Assembly (NCBI RefSeq): GCF_001194135.2
Contig: NC_068981.1
Coordinates: forward strand, 76,067,087 to 76,127,731
Reading direction: 5' to 3'
DNA length: 60,645 bases
Origin: Octopus bimaculoides
Lineage: Eukaryota
Under the pieces are notes generated by a model. It saw only the letters and a list, made by a program, of their open reading frames with translations. It made no database searches and had not been told where the DNA came from. How positions within the stretch are numbered: the stretch's first letter is position 1; every line of letters starts with the position of its first letter. The position numbers and the translations under genes were made by a program. Positions 1 through 13,193 of the stretch are shown here, one piece after another.

Positions 1-189
1 ATATATATATATATATACATATATATATATGTATATATGTATGAATGTATGCATGTATATTTTATGAAGTCCTTCTCCTAGCCGTTGGTTTAAAATGTCT
101 ATATAAATGTGTATTCTATTTTGTCGCAAGTGTTTGTAAAATAAGGGTCCTTGTGACAACTAAATAAATACATTTCAGTTGTCTTTAAG

Positions 190-284
190 TTCTGAGTTCA
201 AATTCCAACTAGGTCGTCTTTGCTCTTCATCATTTCGAGGTCGATAAATTAAGTACCAGTTACCTTGTGCCTATAGTAGAAGGG
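190..284 (+). mobile_element. SINE family A, 5'-truncated, ending in a (TTA)n tail
   Basis: ttctgagttcaaattcc...gtcgataaattaagtaccagtt...gtgcctatagtagaagggattatt. Confidence 0.75.
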
Positions 285-340
<56 letters not shown>

Positions 341-358
341 CGTCATCATCATCATATG

Positions 359-785
359 ACGGCGGCGAGCTGGCAGAAACGTTAGCACGCCGGGCGAAAT
401 GCTTAGCAGTATTTCGTCTGCCGTTACGTTCTGAGTTCAAATTCGGCCAAGGTCGACTTTGCCTTTCATCCTTTCGGGGGTCGATCAATTAAGTACCAGT
501 TATGCACTGGAGTCGATGTGATCGACCTAATATCTTTGTCTGTCCTTGTTTGTCCCCTCTATGTTTAGCTCCTTGTGTGCAATAAAGAAATGAGAACCGT
601 TAGCATGCTGGACGAAATGCTTAGCGATATTTCGCCCGTCGCTACGTTCTGAGTTCAAATTCCGCCGCGGTCGACTTTGCCTTTGATGGTTGATAAAATA
701 AGTACCAGTTGAATTCTGGGGTTGATGTTATCGATTTATCCCGTCCCCCAAAACTGCGGCGATTGTGGCAAAATTTGAAACTATT
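359..785 (+). mobile_element. SINE family A head-to-tail dimer (tRNA-like head)
   Basis: Head ggcggcgagctggcagaaacgttagca with A-box-like tggcagaaacg and B-box-like gagttcaaatt. Unit 2 starts at the junction aataaagaaatgagaaccgttagca (about 593). Confidence 0.85.
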
Positions 786-1281
786 ATTATTATTATTATT
801 ATTATTGCGACTATTTCTATCATTCAGAGAAGAATTCTTTTCAATTCAAAGTTAAGAACGAAAGAGAAAATTCATTAATTCTATAAAATACATGTGTCTG
901 TATTNNNNNNNNNNNNNNNNNNNNNNNNNNNNNNNNNNNNNNNNNNNNNNNNNNNNNNNNNNNNNNNNNNNNNNNNNNNNNNNNNNNNNNNNNNNNNNNN
1001 NNNNNNNNNNNNNNNNNNNNNNNNNNNNNNNNNNNNNNNNNNNNNNNNNNNNNNNNNNNNNNNNNNNNNNNNNNNNNNNNNNNNNNNNNNNNNNNNNNNN
1101 NNNNNNNNNNNNNNNNNNNNNNNNNNNNNNNNNNNNNNNNNNNNNNNNNNNNNNNNNNNNNNNNNNNNNNNNNNNNNNNNNNNNNNNNNNNNNNNNNNNN
1201 NNNNNNNNNNNNNNNNNNNNNNNGAGGAAGAAACAGAGTGCAAGAAAGAGACGAGTGATGACAGATAGTGGTGTAGAGCTC

Positions 1282-1330
<49 letters not shown>

Positions 1331-2266
1331 CATGCCTGCGTGTGTATCTGTGAGTGTGTGTGTCAGATTCCGAGGGGGTTTCTAATTACTTTTTTATTAA
1401 CTGGCACCATACATTTTAAAGATTAATCTATTCTGTTGCGTCGTCTCACCGAAGAAAACCTTAAATGATATTTTTTTCTTTGATCTGTTTTCATACCTTT
1501 CTACTATTTTTTCATAGATTCCCCCCCCCCTTTAATTCTCATTTCATTTAATCGTTTTGAAATTTGTTTTAAACTAAATAAAGATGAAATGTGTGAACTG
1601 ACAGTTTGAATGATTACTTGTCCCAATTTGTAAGACTTGACTTCATGATAATAATTTATTTAAGGCATTTAAATTTTAAATCATTTTCGGTGAACATTTT
1701 ACACGATAAATCTTCAACTGTGTTCGTTTAGTTTTCAAATCATGACATTTTAGTAGAAAAAAAAATTAAATAAATACCTGTGTCTCATACTTCAAGTAAT
1801 ACCTTTGAACGGATTTTGGCATTCTCTGTAGAATGGAATAAAAGTCGTGGTAAGATGGTAAGGTGTTACATATTTAATAGAGTAAGTTGAAAACTGCAAT
1901 TAGCTGGGTTTATCCTGTGGGAGGTAATGATCTGATTAATATGTTTGTTGGTTAAAAAAAAAACAAGAGAACAGTGCTGAGTACACTCCAGACTCTGACA
2001 ACAACAAAGGCCAGCTATCTTATTTAAGGTATTATACCGCACTAGATGCATCTGAAGCGAGTCATTTGACTGGATTTTGAAGACTATAAAAAATGTAGTA
2101 ATTTAAGCGGATTTCATACTTTAAGGCATATAAAAATTGATATACTTTGGTTTTATTACATCTTCTCATTGAAAGATTCTACACAGCTTACGAGAAAATA
2201 GTGATCTATATATACATATAGGGGGAATATAGTGACGCTGAATATTAGTATCAAATATCGCTAAAT

Positions 2267-2328
2267 GGCGGTGCCCCAGCATGGCCACAGCTCATGAGCT
2301 GAAACTAGATAAAATGAAAAAAATGAAA
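2267..2328 (+). mobile_element. Solo 3' tail of the same LINE family as 21010-22116
   Basis: ggcggtgccccagcatggccacagct...gaaact matches 22061-22100 and is followed by an A-rich tail (taaaatgaaaaaaatgaaa). Confidence 0.6.
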
Positions 2329-2982
2329 CGAATTTCGAGAAATCATTCTGCAATCTCAACCCAAATACGGTAACATACGATATAGTGCCATTATAGTTCT
2401 TTTTCGATTGCACTTACATCACTTAGGATTTAATAATAATAATATTTTCACGTCTTTACGAGTATAATTGGTCACTCGACATGGTACTAATAGTAGCCAC
2501 AGTCATCGTAAATCCCGCTCAAAAACACACAGTACATCTTTCTTTGATATATGAAATTATGAAACGTTCGTGGCTGCCAGGTTTTGATAATCAAACTTCT
2601 TTATTAAGATTGAACTGGAAGTAAAAGATAATTTCTAACTCACTTATATATTTTAAGCAGTCTACCAGAGTAGAAAATCAGAAAATTAAACCCCAAACTC
2701 TCCGTTTGTTTTTTCGAGAACCCCACGATCACAAAAGGTTTATGTGCGCATATGAATTAATCTAAACACTAATAAGGAATTTCCGCACAAACACATAGGG
2801 TGATTCAATTTATTTTAACGTCTTCCAAACATACGCCCAAAAATGTACTATTTATTAATTTAGAAACTTCCATAATTCGCCTGTTTCCTGCTTTTCACTT
2901 ATATTAATAAATGTATTCACTGTAGTGAGTTGATGAACAACTTCCTTGCACCTGTATAATAAGAACAGCAGCAACAGCAACG

Positions 2983-3601
2983 ACAAGGCCTCATATTTGT
3001 AGGAAAGGGACTAGTCGATTACATCGACCCCCAGTGTTTCACTACTACTTAATTTATTCACTCCAAAAGGATGAAAGGCAAAGTTGACCCCGTCGGAATT
3101 TGAACTCAGAACGTAAAGCCGGACGAAATACCGCTAAGCATTTTGCCTGGCGTGCTAATGATTCCACCAGCACGCCACCGTGATAATAACCCTTTCTACC
3201 ACAGGCACAAGGCCTGGCATTTGAGGGGAGGTAGTTAGTTAATCATATCGACTGGTATTTTAATTTATCGACCCCGAAAGGATGAAAAGCAAAGTTGACC
3301 TCGGTGGAATTTGAACTCAGAACATAGCGGCCAGTGAAACACTGATAAGCATTTCACCTGACGTGCTAATGAATCTGGCAGCTCGCCGCCTTAATAATAA
3401 AGGCACAAGACCTGAAATTTGGGGTGAGGGGACTAATCGATGATATCGCCCCCAGTAAGCAATTGGTACTTAATTTATCGACCCCGAAATGATAAAAAGG
3501 CAAAGTCAACCGCAGCGGAGATTTAACTCAGAACGTAAAGACGGACAGAACGCCGCAACGCATTTTGTCGGCCGTGTTAGCGATTCTGCCAGCTCTCCAC
3601 C
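2983..3601 (-). mobile_element. Three tandem SINE family A copies (about 2983-3180, 3191-3390, 3401-3601)
   Basis: Each has the reverse complement of the head (gaatttgaactcagaac...gcatt...cagctcgccgcc), separated by short taataa spacers. Confidence 0.85.
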
Positions 3602-3609
3602 TTAATAAC

Positions 3610-3714
<105 letters not shown>

Positions 3715-4254
3715 AAACAGTAGCAGCAGTAGAGTGGAATCTTCAGAAAATCATCAGTGTTACTTGCAACAGAGATGTTACTTTATTGCAAATATTTATG
3801 TGCAGGACGCTTTTCGCTGGCATTCTTAAAGTACGATTTTATTAAGGTGACTACACATATTTCAATAAATCAACTAGAACATATTGAAGTTTATGTAAAC
3901 ACTAAAACAGCTTTTAATGTTTTCTAATCACAATCCTAAATATACAAAAATGTTGACAGCTTTGTTGCTTGAGTTTCTAACATTTGCCAATAGAGGACAG
4001 ACAACTGAATATCAGTAAAAGCTGTTTTAACTGAGAAAATTGCGCATTTTAAATTTAGTTAATGCTATTTCCCCGTTGAAATCGTAGAAACGTCACGAAA
4101 ATGTGATTCAACATGAAAACTGAATTGTCAAAATCATTAGTGTTGACCAAAATACCTTGCGGTATTTGCTCCTGCGTTCTGTATTCGAAGCCAACTTCAG
4201 CTTTCCTTTTCATATTCGTGGGTCGATGTATAAACTCAAGTATTGGGTCTGATA

Positions 4255-4391
<137 letters not shown>

Positions 4392-5279
4392 CACTCACTG
4401 TATCAATTATATTACACTACGAGTAGAGTCATGCATGGTGCATGATCAGCTTTGGCGTTCGTCTTTACAAGAAATGGAAAAGTCTTCAACGTTTGGTTAC
4501 CAACTTCTCAGACTGAATCGACTCTACTCCATTGAAATACTGTTGGAAGTGAACGAACACTGACCTACTTAAGAGCGTTGTTCTTTGAACCGAAAGAAAA
4601 AAAGCAGCTTACCTACCCGTGATGTGTATAAATAAAAGCAAATCAATCCATCGAAGAAGCATCTACATAGATACAGTTATTTTATTAATACTCTTACTTT
4701 TTTTTGTTTTGGCGAGAGAAGACTGGTCCTATAGACTTTGCAGGCCTTCTATATACGTTCAGATCAATTCCGTTAACAATTTGTTTTAACAGTTGCACAT
4801 TCCATAAAACCGATACAAAGAAGAAGAAAAGAAATGAGTGTAGGAGAGATAACTGGAAAAGACACAACATATACGATGAGGAAAAGAGGAAATAATTGTT
4901 TCAGGGATGTGTGGTTGAAAGTGGTATGATATCACCCGGCTCCAAGGACTGTAATCCATTGTTATAGTCATAAAAGAGAAAGAGAGGGAGGTGAAGCACT
5001 TCTGTCGACCAGACATTTGTGAACGACCTTCTGTTAATTAATCGAGTAGCTTTTATTGACCGTCGTCGAATTGAAATGCATCTATACTTCTCTTTGTACA
5101 GTATCGAGGCAGATGTAAGAATAGTACTCTATATTCTATAATATATGAATTTGTTGAGGGATTTTAACTGTTAGATGTTCAGGCAGTTAGGGGCTTTGAA
5201 ATTTGTGACGGCATTGCCACAGAGTGCAAGGACTTAAGCTGGAATGATCCTCAACGATGGTCCTGCATCATTTGGAGTG

Positions 5280-5740
5280 AGGCATGATTTTTTCTTGATA
5301 TGTATAATGGTAATTGCTTTGCTTTTGTTCAGAGACAGAAATTGACATGAATCCAGGAGCAGGTAATCGATTCAGTGCGTTCTGTATGAATGTGTTACGA
5401 ATAATGGTGACAAGTCCGAGATACGAAAGCTGCAATGAGTTGTGGGTTGCTGGATGTTAAGCCTGATGATGAGAAAGCGATGAAAGATGATTGGAGTTTC
5501 TATATAACTATTTTAGATACTTGTATCGCATGAAATAAGAGACGAGGATATCGAAAGACTAACTTTCGACATCAGAGGTATCAAAATATGAGAGCCAAGA
5601 AAAGTGTTGAGTGCAATGATATAAAAGAAAGGGTCCAATAAAATAGACCAGCACAATGTTGAACGAAATAGGATGAAAGAGTTGTTAGTGGTCTGATTAG
5701 AAGTCTCGAAACACATCAATATTCCTGAAACCATATATAT
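5280..5740 (-). mobile_element. Possible highly decayed L2/CR1-type LINE 3' remnant
   Basis: Minus strand SRTCHHY...NTFIQNALNRLP resembles the RTxxxxxSFxxxxxxxWNxLP 3' motif. Weak. Confidence 0.3.
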
Positions 5741-7125
5741 TCCAATATGCTGTGTTGGCGATGACGATGTGATGTATCACGCCCACACTTAAAAATGGGC
5801 TATGCTAAGCAATCAGGCAAATCTATATGGCTCACGATCAAACGACATACGTATAGACATAAATACATACGCAAATGTGTGTGTGTGTGTATGCTTATGT
5901 ATGTGTAGGTGCGTCCATATTTGCTGGTATTTCTGGCAGGTTGAGCAACTACGACGAAGATTAATCGCTGTCATTTAGTAGATACTGCGTCTTGAAATAC
6001 TAAAGAATTGAAGCAATTCGGGAAAATTAGGGCAGCGGCTTTCGAAAATAAACTTGTGATAATTGCATCTGATAAATTATGTATAATGGAGATAGTAAAA
6101 TCTATAATAATTTAATAAAGAGGAAAAAACTTATCAATTCATATTGTACTTTTGATTATCTATATAATGTAAAATAAAATTTAATGGCACAAATTCAACA
6201 AACTAAGTGGTTCAATCATAAATGCCATCTCAATTTCTTTTCTCTTATTATATTAGACAAATCATAGCATGCGCAAGTTAAAAAGTCAGAGCTTTATTAA
6301 AACTGTATTGCATTAATAAAGTCAAAGATATATCAAATGTATTTGAGGTTAATTATTATGGAAGTATGTCATTTACCAAATGAAGCTGCCACTATATTAT
6401 GCTGAGAAAAATATCCGTCAACCTAATATGTTTTAGAGTTAACCGTAATTTCAGAGATATTGCTAACACTGATTGGGTTGTCACTTGCCCAAGTTGCCTC
6501 GCAGTGGGATAGAACTCAAGACCTAGTGATTGAAAAGTAACTTTTGAAACATTTTGCCATACTGTTACACACCCGCACTTATACAGACACATCTACAAAC
6601 ACGCACTTTCTCTCTCCCCCTCCCTCTCTCTCTCTCTCTCTCTGCATATGTGTATGTATGAACATATTTGTCTTTGTGCGTGGGTGGATAGATACATATG
6701 TCTGAGTGTGCGTATGTCCGTTTGTTCAACATACAATATTCGTATACTCTCTATATAGCTGTCGTCCTGAATTCTATTAATAACTCATCTCACTTCTCAG
6801 TGCTCCAACCCTCTACATCATTCTTTCTATCATTTCGCTTTAAATCAACTCTGACACTGAAACTAGTAACACTTGTTGAACGTGCCAAATTAGAGATATT
6901 CAAACAACAGCTGCTTAAGGGAGATTTGTGTCTCCGTTCAGTTCCTTTTCTTTATTTCTTTTTCCTTTTGGCATTTCACCGTATACCAACATAGGTTCTA
7001 TAATTTTATTTCAAGTCTATTAGTACATCGCCATATAAAGAACAACTAGATGACCTGCAGGGTTTAGACGAGATGTTACTAAACAACAACGCCACGCTTG
7101 ATAAAATTTTAACTTATTTACATAC

Positions 7126-7506
7126 TGGCTTCAAATTTTGGCGCAAGACCTGTAATTTCGTGTGTGTTCAACTGGTACTTATTTTGTCGACCTCGAAGTG
7201 ATGGAATGCAAAGTCGACTACGGTAGAATTTGAACTCAGAACGTGTTGACTGATGAAAGAAATGCTGCTAAACATTTTGTCAGGCGTTCTAGCGATTCTG
7301 CCAGCTCGCTGCTTTATTTGAATATCCTTTCTGCTATAGGCACAAGGTCTGGAATTTTGGGGAGGAGAATAGTCGATTGCATCGTCCCAAGGATTCAGCT
7401 GGTTCTTAATTTATCGATCCCGAAGGATGAAAGACAAAGTCAACCTCGGCGGAATTTGAACTCAGAACGTAACGGCAGATGCTAACCATTCTGCAAGCTC
7501 GCCGCT
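7126..7506 (-). mobile_element. Two tandem degenerate SINE family A copies
   Basis: gaatttgaactcagaacgt and ctgccagctcgc motifs occur twice. Confidence 0.8.
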
Positions 7507-7822
7507 TTCAACTTATTTGAATATCGAAAATAGAGCATTGCATTTTCAGAATCGTTAGGGCGATAGATAAAACATTGTGAGGCATTTCTTCTGGCGTTTT
7601 ATTTAATGAATTGAAATTCTGTCCTAGTTAACTACGAAATTCATTATTCCAGACCAGTGTTGGTATCATTTATTCAAGTATTATTTTCATATATCTGGTC
7701 TTATGCTTATGTTATAAAAAGAATATTGAAATTTATAATAGACAATACGCGATTTATGCTATTACACACGAAATAAGAAGAAATCTAATTATTTTTTGGG
7801 GTTAATATTAATTGTAATATTG

Positions 7823-8001
7823 CCTTCACATTTTGGTACAAACTTTGCATTTTAGTGGGACGGAGTCAGTTGATCACGTCGACCCCAGTGTTCCTGAAAG
7901 GATGGAAAGCAAAGCCGACTCTGGTGGCTTTTGAACCCAGAGCGTAAAGACGTACGAAATGCTACCAAGTATTTTGCTAACGATTCTGCTAGCTGACCGC
8001 C
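7823..8001 (-). mobile_element. SINE family A copy with a 21-bp target-site duplication
   Basis: ttaatattaattgtaatattg at 7802-7822 and 8002-8022 brackets a degenerate copy. Confidence 0.8.
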
Positions 8002-8494
8002 TTAATATTAATTGTAATATTGACAGAAGAAATATATTTTATATATCAACTCATCATATAATGGATGTTACAACAATATCTTGCAAAGTAAGATGTTAAC
8101 ATCCTTCAATATAAAATATATTGGCTTTAAAACTTCCTTGCAGCAACGGGCATGCTTATTAAAGTTTAAGTGGCGTGGTATGTGTTACAGTTCAAAATAT
8201 TAGGATGATGTTCTATTTATGCTAGTATCGACAGTAGTTTAGTTTCGATCCGGCACCAGTAAAATATATACAAATAATGCATTTAAATCAGTGAATCAAT
8301 CGAAACATTTCTGTTACGTTGCTCATGATGGCAGTAATTTCCTAGCGGAAATTAAATGAACATATTTGAAGGCATTAATTATATTGTAATAAGGCTTCAT
8401 GTATAGAGGAGTTATGGGAAAAAGATAAAATCATTTCCAATATGAATTGAAATGTTTCTGATAACAAATTTTAAATTGTTTTTCTTTCAATAAA

Positions 8495-8901
8495 GGGGTG
8501 AGCTGGCAGAAATGTTAGCACGCTGGGCGAAATTCTTAGCGGTATTTCGTCTGTCTTTATGTACTGAGTTCAAATTCCACCGAGGTCGACTTTGTCTTTC
8601 ATCCATTCGTGGTCGATAAATTAAGTACCAGTTGCGTACTGGAGTCGACCTAATCGACTGGCCTCCTCCCCAAAATATTTAGGGCCTTGTTCCTAGAGTA
8701 AAAAAGAATAAGGTGGCGAGATCTTTTGCACAGTATATTTTCCGCTTCTTTAGGTTCTGAGTTCAAATCTGCTGGGAGCTAATTTTCCTTTCATTTTTTT
8801 TCGGGATTCATAAAATAAGTATCAGTGAATCACTAACATCGATTTAATCGACTAGTGTCTACCACTGAAATTGCTAGCTTTTTACCAAAATTTGAAGCCA
8901 T
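8495..8901 (+). mobile_element. Two tandem SINE family A copies
   Basis: gagctggcagaaatgttagcacg head at 8495. A second, degenerate head aggtggcgag starts at 8711. Confidence 0.8.
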
Positions 8902-9231
8902 TGCTTTTTCTTCCATATAAGTAACTTCTTTTACTTAATGCATGCTGTTATTAAAATTAATGTTAATGGAATTTAACTATATTATCGCCGTTTAAAACAT
9001 CGTATTCACCAGAATAATAAAAACTGAAAACTATATTCGGAAAATAAAACAACTTCACTGAATCGGCTCGACAAAACTTGTCGCGAGATCACCACTGATC
9101 TGGAATTAATATTATTAAAATGCAGACGAACTTCCAATATACAAAGAATCGAAAATATTATCATGCATTTTAAATAATATTCAACTCTATATCTACTGTG
9201 TGTCATTGAATAAATGACATTTAGATACAAG

Positions 9232-9384
9232 ATGCCAGCGCTCAACTGGTAATAACTTTATCGACCCCGGAAAAAAATGAAAGGCAAAGTCTACGTCGGT
9301 GGAATTTAAATCAGAACGTAAAGACAGACGAAATACCTCTAAGCATTTTGCTGGGCGTGTTAACGACTCTGCCAGCTTGCTGCC
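9232..9384 (-). mobile_element. SINE family A copy
   Basis: tcgaccccgg...gaaaggcaaagtc...ggaatttaaatcagaacgtaaagacagacgaaatac...gccagcttgctgcc. Confidence 0.8.
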
Positions 9385-9400
9385 TAAAGCCAACTCTTGT

Positions 9401-9583
9401 ATTATATTATATTTAGAGTTTGGTAATCTTATTTATGTAGCTCAGAATGTTGGTCAAACGTTAATATATAGATTTAGTATGATTAGTTATAATTATATTA
9501 TATTTAGAGTTTGGTAATCTTATTTATGTAGCTCAGAATGTTGGTCAAACGTTAATATATAGATTTAGTATGATTAGTTATAA
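9401..9583. repeat. Perfect 91-bp tandem duplication
   Basis: Unit attatattatatttagagtttggtaatc...gattagttata starts at 9401 and again at 9492. Confidence 0.9.
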
Positions 9584-11439
9584 ATGCCTTCTATTGTTTC
9601 GATTCATTAGTTCATCTAGATTTACCTAAATATTTGTCAATAGTACATTAATATTTTAAACGTGCATATATTATCATATATTTATATGAACGTGTTTTTC
9701 TTTTTCGTGGATATCATTATCAGTATTGTTCTAAGTGCACATGTTACATATATTTTTTCAGTTCCTTAGTAACAGGAAATATGACAGTAGAAATGGTGTG
9801 TCTCGATTCTTTTAAAATTGGCGGCATGTTGGAAGAAAATCATCGACAAACGAAACAACTAGATCGAATGCTGCTAACGGGTGTCAAAAATATAAGGACT
9901 AGGTGATATTGGCAAACTGAGCAGCGGATTATGACTGCTATATAAAGACATGAAAGAAATACTTCTATGGGCATCCAGTCACTCTGTTTACCAAACTTTT
10001 CGTTTATAATACTGCCCAGGCAGAGACTCTAGAAGTCGTTTGTCTATGCTGTCACGTCATAAGATCATATCTGAAACCTGAGTGTTTCAAATCACACTTC
10101 GTATTCTACAGATCTGTGCATGGAATAAAGAATAGATATAGAATTTATTTTCAAACAATACTCACTAGTTCAAAATTTACTCATAAACTCGGCGATTATT
10201 TTTCACTGTTCTCAAATCAATATAGACTAAGTTGATAAACTAGACCTCTTTAGGAAAAGTCAGATATTGTTTATTTAACGTCTGTTTAAGTAGATGTGTT
10301 GACAATATAAATCCTTGTTCAGTAGAATCAGAAAAATATTTATTTTCATGTAGCTTTTAAAATGGAGCAAAGTATAATGGTAACGCTTTAAACGATAGGT
10401 ACGAAGTTCAATTGTACCTTGTGCGTGCATTCGATGACCTTCAAGCTATTAACTAGCTTTATATATATGTTTCTGTCTCCTTTCCACTCTCTTTCTTTCT
10501 TACACCGTGTTTTTTTTTCCGGTGATTTATTTCTATGTTTTGCCTTAAATAATTACTGATTTACTCTCAAACAAAACTATAACTACAAAGCAGCACCATT
10601 CCAAAAAGCAATTTTGTCCCTGAGCGTGTTTATGTATTTTCATCGGCATTTCAACATTATTTCCTACAAGTATTAGTACGCCAGTGAATATTTCAGTCTT
10701 TCTTTTGTAATAACGATTACTTGTTTTTGTAAAACACTCAATATTATTAGAGAAGATAGATAGTTGATTGATTTCCCTGAAGACTTTACTGATACTTATT
10801 TTTCGACTTCGGTAGGATTTTAAACAAGAATGTTTATGCTTTATAATTAATCAATGAATCTGGCTTTTTCAGTTTCCCAATCACTAAAGATATCGATGCA
10901 ACTGATGTTTACTTAAACACCAGAAAGGCCGTGTGTGTTGTTAAGAGTGTAATTAATTTACAGACGGAATATTGTTTGGAGTAAAACTAAAAACACGAGA
11001 GTCTATGGTGCCGTTATATCTAAGGTCAACCCTGATTAAGTAAATTCTCAAATAATGAAATTCCATGAGTGATATCCCATCTTTGCAGATATATTTGTGG
11101 CTATGTTGTATGATGTGACATATTGGAAGTATCAGGCTTCTGATTTCAGAAGAGCAAGTGATTGAGAAAAGGTTGCAATGATAACAACTAAATTAACTTG
11201 TGTCATTCTGGCGTGATCTCAAATTTTGATTCAGCATAGAAATCTAAGACAACTTCACTAATATTGAAAGTTTCTGTCTGTGCAATTCTTCAAGCAACAA
11301 GAAATCGAACTTGTTTTTGATTCACCTGAATGAACGTAATTACCGAGAACCACGGTTTAGCAGGTAATTCAACATGACGCCTTTGAGAACACACACACGC
11401 ATATAGACACATATATGCACATCCACGCACACACTGATA

Positions 11440-11472
<33 letters not shown>

Positions 11473-11972
11473 ACACTTATTTATATATGTATATGCATAT
11501 ATGTGCATGGACGTACGCTTATACATACACGTGTATGTATATGTAAGTGAAAATTAGCTACAAAAAATAACTCAGAGTTTCCAGCAAAATGAATACGGAC
11601 AATTAAGAGGAATATATGCATACCTAATATCAAACAAAATAAATGTTTGATTCATTGATATTGTATTTTCTGCAAAGTAATAGGAAACAAGTACCTCGTG
11701 GCACATTTACCAACTCCAAGGGAGGCTTAGATAATCTCAATAATCAAGCATTTTACAAAACCGACAATTCCTTTGCGAAAATACAGTCTCATTGGTGGTA
11801 GATGAAAACACACTTCTGTACATACGCGTATGTACAGTGGGTGAGATAGGGAGAGAGATGGGGCAGGTGAGAGAGAAAGAGAGGAAAGGACTGAATGAGA
11901 CAGAAAGAGAAACAGAGAACAGATTTAGGTGAACAGAGTTATCTACAAATGCTTAGTATTGTGCAAAGTGAA

Positions 11973-12185
11973 GGCGCATGGTTCAGTGGTTAGAGCGCTG
12001 GGTTCACAATAATGAGCTAGTAAGTTCGATGCCCAGACTGGATTGTGTGTTATGTTCTTGAAATTGTAACAGCTGAGTGAGTATCAGATACCAATCTGGT
12101 GACTGGATCCAATGAAAAGCTACACTGAAAAACCTGATGATAGGTGAAGTGAAACTAAGAGGCAGAATAGGTATTAGCCCTTTTA
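11973..12185 (+). mobile_element. Degenerate tRNA-headed SINE (family C-like)
   Basis: ggcgcatggttcagtggttagagcg...agttcgatgccc A/B-box head; body decayed. Confidence 0.5.
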
Positions 12186-12521
12186 TTACTATACTCCAAT
12201 TGAAATATATTACCTGTGTTCGCAATCAATTAGAATGACGAAGAATTTAGTCAAATAACCTTAGCTAGTATGTGGAACATGAATTAACAAGAAATGTTGA
12301 TGGATGGTTTTAACCAGGAGCGATCTCAATGCCAAAATGTTTAACGGTATGAATGGAAGGAAAAGGGATTGAATGAAAGGAACATTAAGGGGCATTTGTC
12401 GGAGTAGAGTTTAACCCCGCTCAACTCTAAATCAGACAGATCCTACTGTCAGAGGCATCTAAAATTCATCAAATTATACTTTCTTTTCTCTGTCTGTCTG
12501 TCTCTCTCTCTCTCTGTCACT

Positions 12522-12554
<33 letters not shown>

Positions 12555-13120
12555 TCTCCCGCACTCTCCTTGTTTGTAATGAGAGCCATATTAACCAATG
12601 TGTCATTCGCGTTCTTTTTTTTTTTTTCGGGTTTGCGTGAATTATAGAATTTGGGGGCGATTATTTGTTTTTAGATTGGTTAACCACGTTAGCAAGCCCA
12701 TCGCTAAAGCAAGGGAATGAGTAAGTCTGCGAGAGATAATAAAAGATGATTGATGAACGAGCGGAAGGTAAAGAAAAAAGAATAAAAAGGGAAGGATTGG
12801 TATGAATGAAGTGAGGGAGGTAAGAGAAATACAATCGAGAAACAAGAGGGGGGTACACAGAGAAACAGGAGAAGGGGAGGGGGAAGAAGGAAAAGAGCGT
12901 GAGGAAGAAAATACAGAGAAAGAGAAAGTGAGTCGTTGTGTGTGAAAGAAGTAAAGAGTGAGAGTGAGTGAGAAAAGGAAGGAAATATAGTCAGATTGTG
13001 AAAACAAAAAAAAAAGTCACTGTGTGTATATGTGTATGTTACTATTACGAACATAACACTATGTAGAAGAAATTGGTAAAATGAAGTCTTATTTGTAGCA
13101 GTTTATATACTTCTTTATTA

Positions 13121-13193
<73 letters not shown>

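Noticed and set aside
12590-12730. CCAAT-like motifs and ATGA|GTAAGT suggesting a first exon; also a CRE-like cgacgtca at about 15097
   Set aside because: Short motifs are expected by chance in 60 kb, and there is no independent evidence of a promoter.
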